A stretch of DNA of 64,000 nucleotides from Hemiscyllium ocellatum (lineage: Eukaryota), in contig NC_083402.1 in the NCBI RefSeq assembly GCF_020745735.1, positions 7,688,001 through 7,752,000 on the forward strand, written 5' to 3'. Both the position numbers and the translations under genes were made by a program. Shown piece by piece: positions 12,201 through 23,995 of this stretch. The notes beneath the pieces were generated by a model. That model was not told where the DNA came from. It was given only the letters and a program-made list of their open reading frames with translations, and ran no database searches. Each line of letters opens with the position of its first letter. Position 1 is the first letter of the stretch.

Positions 12201-12671
12201 ATTTATTTTTTTACTTCAGTTCTCCTTCTTCATGTCTCTGTGTATCACCTTCACCCTCTGCAATACTTTCACTGTGTACCCCATCCCTCTGCTACGCCTG
12301 ATGAATGAGCCAGGTTGCTGAAGGCTGGCTCGGTAATAGAGTAGAAGGTAATGGGAAATAGAAAAGGTTCTGCAGGGAGGGCCCTGAGTCCTGCTCTTCA
12401 GATCACTCTGGGTCTCCTGGAAACTCTCAGGCACCAAAAACTCTCATCAACCAACAGCAACAAACACCCACAGTCGAACACAAACCCCCTGAAACCTCCT
12501 GTTGTGCTCCAGCCTGAAGCTCATTCCACACTGTCCCAGGTTAGTTTATAAACCATGACTGAACAATGTTATATATTTTCTCATCATACAACAGATTCAG
12601 TGTTTTTCCTCACTGTTTGGTGTCTGTGCTGTGCTCATATCCTCTCTCTCTCTCTTTCTCTCCCCTCACAG

Positions 12672-13058
12672 AGATGTCTGTTAATGGTTGGTCAATGACA
12701 ATCGCGGATGGAGTGTGGGCTGAGGAAGGAGGCTCCGCTGTCTTACCCTGCAGCTTCACCCACCCTGACACTCACCTCACACTCACCGGCTCCATCTTAT
12801 GGTACAAGGAGGAAACACGGGCTTTTATCTTTAAGTGTACATATCCTGGTCCAGACCATTCCCAGGGTGAGCTGTGTGAGAATGTGAGACGGCGGGATGG
12901 TGGGAATCGATTCAGATTCGTGGGGAGTCTCACCAACAAAGATGCCTCAGTAATGATGGAGGGACTGAGCCGGGAGGATGCTGGTTTCTATCGGTGTCGA
13001 GTGGAGCTCAATATCGGCAATTTGCAAACAAGGTATCGAACACGCCTGGAAGTGGAAG
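12672..13058 (+). CDS. Ig V-set exon V1a, Siglec-15-like sialic-acid-binding domain
   Basis: Polypyrimidine tract + CACAG acceptor, GTGAGG donor, 387 nt, phase 1-1. WSMT..V.AEEGGSAVLPCSFTHP, W, FKC..ELC, RFR and D.G.YRCRVE match the recalled Siglec-15 pattern (WSMQ..V.AEAGDAAVLPCTFTHP, FRC..ELC, RFR, YFCRVE). Confidence 0.9.
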
Positions 13059-13559
13059 GTGAGGAACAATGTTCGGATGGTGTCACTGCCCTGACAACTC
13101 AATGGGGACAGGCTCCACCAGGTCCAGGAGCTCTCGGGTTGGGTTCTTCTCCTGGGCTCTTCCAGTTGGTCTCAGGCAGGAGGCAGTGAGAAGGAGAGAG
13201 AGAGAGAGAGAGACCTGGCTGGGATTTACAGACCAACCCATTTCCGACTCTGAAACCTCCCACAGTCACTCATTTGCTGTGGTCAGACCGGCTTCAGTTT
13301 TTTGGGGCAGGGAACAGACACAACATCATCAAGGATTCAAGCTCCAAGACCCCCTTCCCAATGACAGTCCTGCTCTATTGGCATTGGGTGAGAAAAAGAG
13401 ATCCATAAATTCTGAGCCCTCATTGGATGAGCACGTCTCAAAGTGAGGGAACCCTCAGCTCGCATTGGCTGAAAACCTCACTGTTTCTATCTTCATTTTC
13501 TATTGGCTGAGCAGAAAATAGATGGATGGGGGGAGAAGGACTCTGCAGAGGCAAATGTC

Positions 13560-13800
13560 CTGGGGAATACTTTCCAATCCATGGCAGATTGTGAAATTTG
13601 AATTTGAAAGGAATCTCGACTGAAAAGCCAGTTTAATAAAGACCATGTAGGCACCTCCGACAAAAAAAACATGGTTCACTCATGTCTTTTAGGGAGGGAA
13701 ATCTGTATCCTAAATGGTCTGACCTACATGCGACCCCATACCTACTGTAATGAGGTTGACCCTTAACTGCCCCCTGAATGACTCACTCTGTTGTGGACAA
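13560..13800 (+). mobile_element. DeuSINE (SacSINE1-like) remnants; related pieces at ~14170-14330(-), 26960-27050, 36060-36270, 45860-46070, 56100-56350 and 59060-59220(-)
   Basis: TGGTTCACT.ATGTCCTTTAGGGAGGGAAATCTG..CC..AC.TGGTCTGGCCTACATG and CAGCTCACCA..CTTCTCAAGGGCA.TTAGG blocks, recalled as the Deu-domain consensus. Confidence 0.5.
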
Positions 13801-14329
13801 GGAGTGAACCCAGGAGTGTAAATGGAATTGTGACTCCAAGAGTAGGTCACAGGCTGGAGATCCTGTAAATTAACACACCTCCTGACTCCAAAGCATATTG
13901 ACCAGTTAGAAGTGTGATGGAATACTCCCCACTTGTCTGGAAGAGAGCAGTAAAATATATTGCTCCCTGTCACTGTTACTGGGTCAAAATCCTGGAACTC
14001 CCCCACCCCAACAGTATTGTAACAATAAAAATAACAATAAAATACACTGCAGCAAGGCAGCAACACTTCCTCCACCAGCACCTTCCAAAGTAGTGACCTC
14101 TATGACCTCAGTGTAAAAAATGGCATCAGATACAGACCATCCTGACTGGGAAGTATTGTTATCTTTTCATTGTTCAAGGGGACGTGGGTGTCACATGCTG
14201 GGTCAGCCGATATTGGCCATCCCTAATTACCCTGGAGAAGGGAATGGTGAGCTGCCTTCTTGATCTGCTGCATCCCCTCAGCTGCAGGGACATTCCCGAT
14301 AAGGTTGGTTAAGGATTCCAAGGGCTTTG

Positions 14330-14690
14330 AACTGATCTGTATCCTGCTGAACCTTCTGACAATCCTTCTCACTATCCTCGACTCCACCAATCTTTGCATC
14401 GCCTGCAAAATTACAAATTAGACCAGACACGTTCTCCTCCAAATCATTGGATAGGCCATGAACAGCAGACATCTCAGCACTGATCCCTGTGGAACATCAC
14501 TTGTTACAACCCTCCATTCCATTGTTACCCTCTGTCTACTATGACTAAGTCAGTTCGGTGTCCACCTTCCCAGCTCACCCCGATACCATGTGACTTCACA
14601 TTTTTACCAGTCTGCAGTGAGGGAACTTGTCAAAGGCTTGACTGAAGTCCATGTAGACAACATCAAGCGCTTTCTGTACTGGAACAACTG
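14330..14690 (-). mobile_element. CR1 RT fragments; longer version at ~39500-40690
   Basis: LDVVYMDFSQAFDKFPH and FAGDAKIGG motifs. CR1 3' end at ~39500-40330. Confidence 0.75.
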
Positions 14691-16557
14691 GTGCAGCAAT
14701 TGTCCCCCACCATTCAGGACTGTCTATAGCAGGACTGCAGAGCCATCTGATCCATTGGTTATGGGGTGGCTCTGTTGTGTGCTGTTTCTGCTGTTTGATG
14801 AGCAAGTAGTCCTGGGGACATTGTAGATTCATTGTGTTGGTCTCACACATTTCAGTTTGCCTGGTGTTATACACACTCTGATCTCCAACATCTGCAATCC
14901 TCACTTTCATCTGGTTGCATGCAGCAAAATCACATGTCTCTTCATTGATCTCCCAGCCTGACGGGAATGTTGGTGTGGGGGTGTGTTAATGTGGATTGTG
15001 AGGTTACAGATTGCAGTTCAATGGGCTTACAATGTAGTCTTTAACGTGGGGACTTCATATTGGGGAGTCCCTGGGCAACTCCCTCCTGACAGTATACCAC
15101 TGTGCCTCCACCTCTGCTGGCTCTGTCCTGGTGGTGGGTCAGGCTGTGTCCAGGGACAGTGATCGTGGTGTCTGTGATATTGTAAGTTATGGTTCTGTGA
15201 GTTGGACCATGTGAGACTGATAGTCGATCCGTCTGTGCACTAGCTCCTAGATGTTACTGAGGAGGCCTTTGCAGGGTTGACAGGGCTGGGACTGTTCTCA
15301 CTGTTATTGGGGCCTTGGTCAATGCAGAGAAGTCTGAGTCTATTTGTACTCTATTGGCATTCCTTCACTGTTGCTGGGTCAAAGTCTTGAAACTCAATCC
15401 CTTAAATTACTCTGGATAACCCCGACACCTCAGGGCTGCAGCAGTTGAAAAAGGCAGCTTCTCCTGGGCAATCAGGATGGACAATAAATGCACATCATCT
15501 GGGCCAGTGACACCCATGACCAAATAAACAAAAGTAGAAATTAATGAAACAGCGAACATCCTGAGGAAAATACAAACAAAAAACTGCAGATGCTGCAAAT
15601 CAGAAACAAAAATGGAAAGTGTAAGGAAAAGCTCAGCAGGTCTGGCAGCACCTGTGGAGAGAAATTGGAGTTAACGTTTCAGGCAGAGTGACCCTTCCTC
15701 AAGATCCTGAGGAGCTTGACAATGCAGATTCTGAGAGGCTATTTGCTCTTGTGAACAGAAGTCAAACAGGGGAACAATTGCAAAATAACAGATTACCAAT
15801 TTAAATAAGAATGTGGAAACATTTAATCCCATAGTTCCTCTTTTAAGTTCATGCAGCAAAGAGCCACATGGCTGGTTATCCCCCTCCTCCTGCACCCAAA
15901 TATTTTACTCAGTGTAGGAAAATGTAATCTGGACTCTGAGTTTAAATTAACCTGTGCTCATTTCAAAGGTCACAGGTTGGAGCTGGTGAATGGTTACATT
16001 AGGAATGACACCAGGGGGCTCTCCTTCACACAAGAGTGTGGTCAATACTTTGAAAGTGTTTGAGCAACAGAGTGAGGGGGGAGGCTGTAAAATCCTTGAC
16101 CTTGTTTAAAGTATATTAGTATTGAGCATCGGGCGGCGGGTTCTGCATGAATGAATTCAGGAGGGTTCAATGGATCCGATCTGTAAGTACCTTCAGCGGT
16201 CACACGGCACCAGGTTATAGTCCAACAGGTTTATTTGAAATAACAAGGTTCAGAGCACTGCTCCTGCATCAGGTGAAGTCCTGGTGCAGTGTGACTTCTG
16301 ACTTTGTCCACCTCAGTGCAACACTGGCACCCCCACATCATGGAAGTATCTTGTAATCAAGGTTTTCAAATTGAGTGGCGAGGAGACATTTTGATCAGGG
16401 TGACTCTTGTTGGGGAATATCTAGGACAGACCTGTTAGAGATGTGAGTGGAGTCTTTAATTGTTCATTTTATTGTGAAGTTGAAAGGAATATAACATATT
16501 GAAATAAGAACTTCTGCACACTGACCTCATCCATTCTGATGTTTGTCCTTTCCTCAG

Positions 16558-16905
16558 CTGCTCAGGGAAATGTCCCAGTGGTGAGTGGGACAGAGGGAGA
16601 TTCAGTTACTTTACCCTGTATCTTCAGTCGCTGGGACTCCTACACCCTGACCACTGTTTCCTGGATGAGGAAGGAGCCCTACCAACACATCGTTACATTT
16701 ACAGCCCAATCACAGGGAACTTGGACAACTGGACACGGTGGAAATCTGTACGAGCTCATCGGGAACCCAGAGGAGGGAAACGCCTCGACCAGGATAAACC
16801 AGCTGAGTGTGAGGGACAATCACACTTACCTGTGTCTGGTGGAATACAGGTCAAGATTCAACTCTCAGTATCTGATCCAGAAAGAGACTCGGCTGCAGGT
16901 ACATG
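16558..16905 (+). CDS. Ig V-type exon V2a (Siglec/PILR/NCR3-like fold, lacks the F-strand Arg)
   Basis: TTTCCTCAG acceptor, GTAAGA donor, 348 nt, phase 1-1. EGDSVTLPC, W, ELIGNPEEGNASTRINQL, D..TYLCLVE and ETRLQV show the canonical V-set Cys/Trp/D-x-x-x-Y-x-C pattern. Confidence 0.88.
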
Positions 16906-17439
16906 GTAAGAAACCGTTCCCACATTCTTCAGCCTGTAGAAGGTGCACAGTGAGAGTGGAACAGATTCTGTGAATGTTTTGTGATTTGATTTTCTGGTGA
17001 AAGGACATGGAACTAAAACATTAACCCTGTTTCTTTCCACAGGTACTCTCTGCCCTGCTGAGTATTTGCAGCATTTTGATGTTTATTTAAAATTTCCACC
17101 ATCTGTAGTGTTTTAGCTTCGGGTTTCAAATTTAATTTTAGTCCATATTTAATGTACTATGTTGTGCTGATATTGTTAGGTGCATTCTGATATCAGTATT
17201 GTAAGACATTGACAGACTCAGAACATTCAGTTATATCTCCAAATGCCCCAAAGTTATACTGACACTGAGATCATCTCCTCAAACAGGAAAGTGCAACAGT
17301 CTGATGTGTCCCTCTTGGTTACAATCTTCATCAGGAACAGTTCCATCAGTGCAACTACATTCCCCCAATGTCCATCTGACTGTGTGAGGCATCACAGCCA
17401 TGTGGGACTTACCCTCGCCCTGCATTCACAGGCCCTACT

Positions 17440-20350
17440 TTTAATTGTGTAAGTCTTCCCTTTGTTTGTTTTCCCAAAGTGCAATACCTCACACTTATCT
17501 TAAACTCCATCTGTCACTCTTCAGCCCATTCCCATTTGATTACGATCTCTTTGTATTCTAAGAAAACCTTCTTTCATTGTTAAATGTACCATCAATGTTG
17601 GTATCAACCGCAAACTTGCAAAACAGTCTTTCTGTGTTCTTACCTAAACTTTTCAAATTATTGAGTGACAAAACTGGGCCCAGCCCTGATCCCCGTGGAA
17701 CCCTGCTGGTCACAGGCCTCCAGAACAAAACCCTCCCTCCACCGTCACTCTCTGTCTTCTGCCTTTCAGCCAATTGTGCATCCACTTGCCAAGCTCACCC
17801 GGAATCCCATGGGATCTAACTTCACTAATTAGTCTACCATGGGGAACCTTATCAAAGGATTTACCAAAGTCTCAGTAAACCATTTTAACCCCTCTGCCCT
17901 CATCAATTTTCTTGTTTACCTCTTCAAAAAACTCAATCAAGTTTGTGAGACACAATATCCCTTGCACAAAACCATGCTGACTATCACTAGAGTCATAGAG
18001 CCATAGAGATGTACAGCATGGAAACAGACCCTTCGGTCCAACCCATCCATGCCGACCAGATATCCCAACCCAATTGAATCCCACCTGCCAGCACCTGGCC
18101 CATATCCCTCCAAACCCTTCCTATTCATATACCCATCCAAATGCCTCTTAAATGTTGCAATTGTACCAGTCTCCACCACTTCCTCTCGCAGCTCATTCCA
18201 TACATGTACCACCCTCTGCGTAAAAAAGTTGCCTTTAGCTCTGATTTATATCTTTCCCCCTCAGCCTTAACCTATGCCCTCTAGTTCTGGACTCCCTGAC
18301 CCCAGGGAAAAGACTTTGCCTATTTATCCTATCCATACCCCTCATAATTTTGGAAACCTCTATAAGGTCACCCCTCAGCCTCTGATGCTCCATGCAAAAC
18401 AGCCCCAGCCTGTTCAGCCCTCTCCCCTGTAGCTCAAATCCTCCAACCCTGGCAACATCCTTGTAAATCTTTTCTGAACACTTCCAAATTTCACAACATC
18501 TTTCCGATAGGAAGGAGACCAGAATTGCATGCAATATTCCAACAGTGGCCTAACCAATGTCCTGTAAAGCCGCAACATGACCCCCTGGCTCAATACCCAT
18601 GTACTCAATACTCTGACCAATAAAGGAAAGCATACCAAACGTCTACTTCACTATCCTATCTAACTGCGACTCCACTTTCAAGGAGCTATGAACCTGCACT
18701 CCAAGGTCTCTTTATTCAGCAACACTCCCGAGGACCTTACCATTAAGTGTATAAGTCTTGTTAAGATTTGCTTTCCCAAAATGCAGCACCTCACATTTAT
18801 CTGAATTAAACTCCATCTGCTACTTCTCAGCCCATTGCCCCATCTGATCAAGGCCCTGTTGTAATCTGAGGTAACCCTTTTCGCTGTCCACTACACCTTC
18901 GATTTTTGGTGTCATCTGCAAACTTACTAACTGTCCCTCTTATGCTCGCATCCAAATCATTTATGTATATGACAAAAGGTAGAGGACTCAGCACCGATCC
19001 TTGTGGCACTCCACTGGTCACAGGCCTCCAGTCTGAAAAACAACCCTCCATCTCCACCCACTGTCTTCTACCTTTGAGCCATTTCTGGATCCAAATAACT
19101 GGTTCTCCCTGTATTCCTTGAGATCTAATCTTGCTAATCAGTCTCCCATGATGACCATCCCTAATCATTCCTTGTCTCTCCAAATGCATATAAATCCCAA
19201 ATTTCAGAATTATTTTCAACAACTTATCCACCACTGAAGTCAGACTCACAGGTCTGAAGTTCCCAGGCTTCCCCTGACATCCCTTCTTGAACATTAGCCA
19301 CTCTGCACTCATTCAGCGTCTCACTCATATTTATAGATGATACAAATGTTTCTGCAAGGTGCCCAGCGATTTCCTCTTAACTTCTGACAAAGTCCTGGGA
19401 TTCATGAGACCAGGTCTCAGAGATTTATATTTTCAAAGACCTCTAGCCCTTCCTCTTCTGTAATGCAAACGGTTTTCAAAACATCAATATTTATTTCTCA
19501 GCGTTCTCTCGCCTCCACTTCTCTCTCCACTGTAAAAACTGACACAAAATATTCACTTAAGATCTCTCCCATTTCCAGAGGTCGAACACAAAGGCAATCT
19601 CTTTGCCCTTTCCTCTGTCTCGTGTTGCTGTCTTGGTCTTAATGTATTTATAGAATCCCTTTGGATTATCCTTAACCTTACTTGTTGAGGCTATCTCATG
19701 TCCTTTCTTTGACTTCCTGATCGCCCTCGTATGAATGCCCCGACACTCATTATATGGTGCAAGAGATCCATTTGGATCCAGTTGTTTATATTTAGTGTAT
19801 GATTCTCTCCTATCCCTGACTGGAACCTCAATCTCTTTATTCACACATTGTTCCTGAAAGCAGTACAGTTGAAACCATCCTTTGTGAATGGTCTTTTCTG
19901 TCTCAGAAGAGATCGCAGTGATCTAAGAATCTGAATCCCTGAACATTACACCACCTCTTCAGCCATTGATTTGTCTCCTTTATCCTTTTGTTCCCTCATC
20001 TGAGCTTGGCTTTGGGAGTAAACCAGAGATTATTACTTTTGAGGGTCTGGTTTTTAATCGTCGACCTAACCTTTGATATTACTTTGTAAAGCCTTAATCC
20101 TTTCCCTAACTATGTTATTCCAATAAATGTGTACAAAAACTTCCAGTATCTCATTATTCCCTTTAACAGTATGCTTCAAACATTTTGTAATGTCCTTAAT
20201 CCTAGCACCAAGAAAACAGTATAATATCCTAGATCCATGCTCACTGCTGCAGAGCCTAGTATCTGTGTCCTTGACAGGAGAATCACCTACAACAATTATT
20301 CTTTTAAATTTTGTCAAACCCCTTTGAACATAAGGTTCATTTTTAGTGCC
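17440..20350 (-). mobile_element. Nested decayed CR1 LINE segments (RT, C-terminus, ORF1 esterase); copy at ~46880-50460
   Basis: FADDTK, LYRTLVRPLLEYC.QFWSP, (CTATGA)n tail at ~17985-18010 and IIVVGDS..GARIKDIT (SGNH-type ORF1) at 20066-20353. Confidence 0.85.
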
Positions 20351-21299
20351 CAAGATCTGACTGTCCCTTCTAACTTCCTCTGAGAGATTATCCTTTCAAC
20401 AGTACGAGAGATTTCTGAACTACCTTCTTACCTTTCCTGACAGTCATCCTTCTATCTGACTGATCCTGCTGTGTTATCACTTCTCGAAATCTACTGGCCA
20501 TCTAATGCTGTGTCTCTTGTATGCCCACAATGTCATTAAGTCAAAAAAGAACCAACTTACACTCACATCTTAACTCTAAAATAAACTACATTTCTTTATC
20601 CAAAGAGCTAATAATAAGCACAAGTGGTCAGCAGACAGCTATCAATGTTCTGATTAAAAATAAAATCCCACTCCAGAGCCAACCACGCGTTAACCTGTCC
20701 AAGAGCTCTGTGAACACAACTTGGTTTGAAACAAAACCTCCCTCAGCAATGATTTTCCATCAGCAAAGCTTCCCACAGCCCACATGTGGGCCGATCCAAA
20801 AAGTCCATTTATAGGACTCTGTTTGATAAAAAATATTGTGCCTGTCCATTTTGGGATTTTTTTGTGTTTTTGAATATAAAATAACTAAACGTGAATCAAA
20901 CAAAAAGCTTTTCTTACTGAAATTTAATAAATGTAAGAAAACCAGAAGTAAATTTGGAAATAAATCTGAATCTCAGGAGCAGCTGCAAGACCCACACTCC
21001 TCTCAGTCCACTGTTTTTGATCATTTTATTTCTGAAGAAGTGTCACTGGACCCAAAACATTAACTCTACTTTCTCTCCACAGATGTCACCATACCTGCTG
21101 AGTTTTTCCCACAATTTCTGTTTTTGTCTCTGCCATCCTTACTTGGTCAGGTCTCTCCAGGACAGGGGTGGACAGTACATTAGGATTGAAGAAGGGTGTT
21201 CACTGTGTCAGGTAAGTGGAAGTGAGTGTGGGTCCTGGAGGTTGGGTCAGGGGTTGTGTGAGGAACAGCACTAGGTCCCATGATTTCTGTCCCTAGCCC

Positions 21300-22330
21300 C
21301 ATCTACACGTGAATGCTGACCCACTGAATTATATTTACCGGCTGGGTAAGGAATCATCTATGATGCTGGGGACATCTTCTGGGTCAAGTTAGGTGTGAAT
21401 GTCTCAGCCCTATCATTTGCACTGATGAGCAGGGCTCCCCCTCATTGAGGATGGGGATATTTGTGGAGACTCATATTCCTGTTAGCTGCTTAATTGTCCT
21501 CACCCATTCATAACTGCATGTGACAGGTCTGCTGAGCTTATATCTGATGCACTGACAGTGGAATCACTTACCCCAGAGCATCAATTGCAGTTTATGCTGT
21601 TTGACACAGAAGTAGTTTTATAGCTGACATCTCATTTTCAGGTTTGCTGGTGCTGTTCCTGGCATCACCTCCTGCATTGTTCATTGAACGAGAATTGATG
21701 TCCTGACTTGATGTTAATGGCTGAGTGGGGGAGAATTACATGCCATGAGCTTACAGATTGTGTTACAGCTCAATTCTGCTGTACTGATGGCCCACAGTGT
21801 CTCAGGGATCCCAGTCTTGACTTGCACGATCTGTTCAAAGTCTGTCCTATTTAACTCAGGCCTAGTGCCATACACGATGGGGATGTACCTCAATGTGATG
21901 ATGGGAGTTTGTCTCCACGGAACTGTGTGGTAGTTACTCCTCCCAATCCTATAATAGGCAGATAGACGACTGAGGACAAGGTCAAGCTTTTCTCTCTTGT
22001 TGGTTCCCTCACCACCCACCACAGACCCAGTCCAAGAGCTATGTCATTTCAGATTCCACCAGCTCAGGCAGTAGTAAAGCTGCTGAGTCTGTCTTGGTGT
22101 TGGACAGTGACGTCTCCCACCCAGAGTACATTCTGTGCCAGTGTTGACCTCAGTGCTTCCTCCAAGTGGTGATAAACATGATCAGAAGCCTGGGAGTGGG
22201 GGGATTGTGGCAGTGGGAAATCATCCGGAGATTCCCTTGCTCATGTTTGACCTGATGTCATCGGATCTCATGATAATGTTTCGAGTTAAGAAAATTCTGC
22301 TTAGCAACTGCTGTCTGATTGGTTGAACTG
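21300..22330 (-). mobile_element. Old non-LTR element APE-endonuclease fragment; copy at ~51440-52450
   Basis: REPT/TNKREK.LDLVL and GRS(D/N)(H/Y)HTV resemble the APE C-terminal motifs. Confidence 0.55.
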
Positions 22331-22719
22331 TGCTGTTACAAAGCTAAACATCCCTGGAGTGTCTGAAAGTGTAAAGTATCTGGAGCCTACAGAGAGAAAG
22401 CAGCCAGCACTGCCTCTCCCCCATCACTATCGAGAAAAGCAGAAAAATACACAAGTAATCTGGAAAGAAAGAAGTCACATGTGAAAAGTTCTAAGTTCAC
22501 CTGGTGGCCGTTGAATTTGAAGCATAACCATCACTGTCCAGAACACAGCATCTCGTTCCTGCTAAAAAACACAAGGACTGTGAGAGAGAACGATCCTTCC
22601 ATCTTGTGGTCAGGACTTTTATTTTCAGAGTTTTGTTTTCCCTGTTACCCTGTCTACATTCTTTTGTCACTCATGGTAGAAATATAAATCATCTATCTTT
22701 TCTCTGTCTTACTTGTGAT

Positions 22720-22766
22720 TGTGTGTGTCTGTGCGTGTGTGTGTGTGTGTGCGTGTGCGTGTGTGT
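22720..22766. repeat. (TG)n/(TGCG) microsatellite, contracted in unit 2 (~53139-53150)
   Basis: Direct reading. Confidence 0.9.
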
Positions 22767-22999
22767 GGCTTGCTAGGGATGCTGTTTTGGATTATTAATT
22801 AGGTATCCATTTCTTTCACTGCTCTTATTACTGGAATTATTCATTAATGGAATTATTTAACTGTTACTGAAGAATCCTGGTGTGGCTCACTTCTGTGCTG
22901 AGTGACAGTCTGTCAGGCACTTTGGGTGTCAGGGTGATCCTACTGGGATTCTTGTACATTTGTATAGCTCCTGATAATGTGTGGATCAGTAGGACATGT

Positions 23000-23995
23000 T
23001 CAGACATAACATGACTCATTGGGTTTCATGAAGGAGTAATGAAGATGATTGATGAATGGAGAGTGGAAGACATGACCTAATTGGACTTCAGCAAAGTATT
23101 TGACAAGGTTCTGCATGATAGACTGGTTAACAAGGTTAGATCACATGGAATACCGGGGGAACTAGCCATTTAGATACATAACTGGCTTGAAGATAGGACA
23201 CAGAGTGTGGTAGCACAGGATTGCTTTTTAGACTGGAGGCCTGTACCCAGCGGTGTGCTGCAAGGATCGGTACTGGATCCACTGCTTCTTGTCATTTATA
23301 TAAATGGCTCGGATGTGAATATCAGAGAAATGGTCAGTAAGTTTACAGATGACACCAAAATTGGAGGTGTAGTGAACAGCAAAGAAGGTTATCACAGAGG
23401 ACAACGGGACATTGATCAGATGGGCCAATGGGCTGAGGAGTGGCAGATGGAGTTTAACTTAGATAAATTTGAGGTGTTGCATTTTGTTAAGGCAAATCAG
23501 GGCAGGACTGATACACTTCCTGGTAAAGTACTGAGGAGTGTTGCCAAACAAAGAGACCTTGGAGTGCAGGTTCATTGTTCTTTGAAAGTGGAGTCAAAGG
23601 GTAGACTGTTTAGTGAAGGAAGCATTTGGTAAACTCACCTTTATTGATCAATGCATTGAGTACAGGAATGAGGAGCTCTTATCATGGCTGTACAGGATGC
23701 TGGTTGGACCACTTCTGGAATACTGCATTCATTTCTGGTCTCTTTGCTGTAGGAAAGATGCTGTGAAACTCAAAAGGGTTCAGAAAAGATTGAGGAGAAT
23801 GATACCAGGGCTGGAGGGCTTGAACATAGAACATAGAACAATACAGCACAGAACATGCCCTTCGGCCCACAATATTGTGCCAAACATTTCTCCGGGCTGA
23901 AGCACCTTTCCATGTACCTATCCAATTGCAGCTTAAAGGTCACCAATGATTCTGACTCTGCCACTCCCACAGGCAGCGCATTCCATGCCCTCACC
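23000..23995 (+). mobile_element. CR1 RT fragment joined to an inverted CR1 3' end with (AACATAG)n tail; copy at ~53370-54392
   Basis: VPSGVLQGSVLDPLL..YIN..KFTDDTKIGG motif. Minus-strand CR1 3' end at 23820-23995 carries the duplication breakpoint. Confidence 0.85.

Larger units (their letters stand above)
1729..23995 (+). repeat. Tandem segmental duplication unit 1 (~22.3 kb, contains V1a+V2a)
   Basis: Collinear, roughly 95%-identical (estimated by eye) match to 23996-54392, starting at ACATTTA.TGCATAGAAAGAGGTCATTTGG. Confidence 0.92.

Noticed and set aside
12566-12671. In-frame upstream ATG extensions of the V1 ORFs (12566; 35045 in unit 2) as unspliced leaders
   Set aside because: They run through the polypyrimidine tract. 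The reading frame differs between units because of (CT)n length, and a proper leader exon exists.
13059-13446. Read-through tail of V1 and the 125-aa ORF at 13069 (35551 in unit 2)
   Set aside because: Lies past a good GTGAGG donor, crosses a (GA)n microsatellite and has no recognisable domain. Conservation is explained by the recent duplication.
16147-16190. Possible leader exon before V2a ending in GTAAGT
   Set aside because: Not hydrophobic, and the donor is lost (GGAAGT) in unit 2.
21080-21215. Possible extra exon (CTCCACAG acceptor ... CAG/GTAAGT donor)
   Set aside because: The acceptor lies in a Penelope terminal repeat, no domain is recognisable, and the donor is GTCAGT in unit 2.
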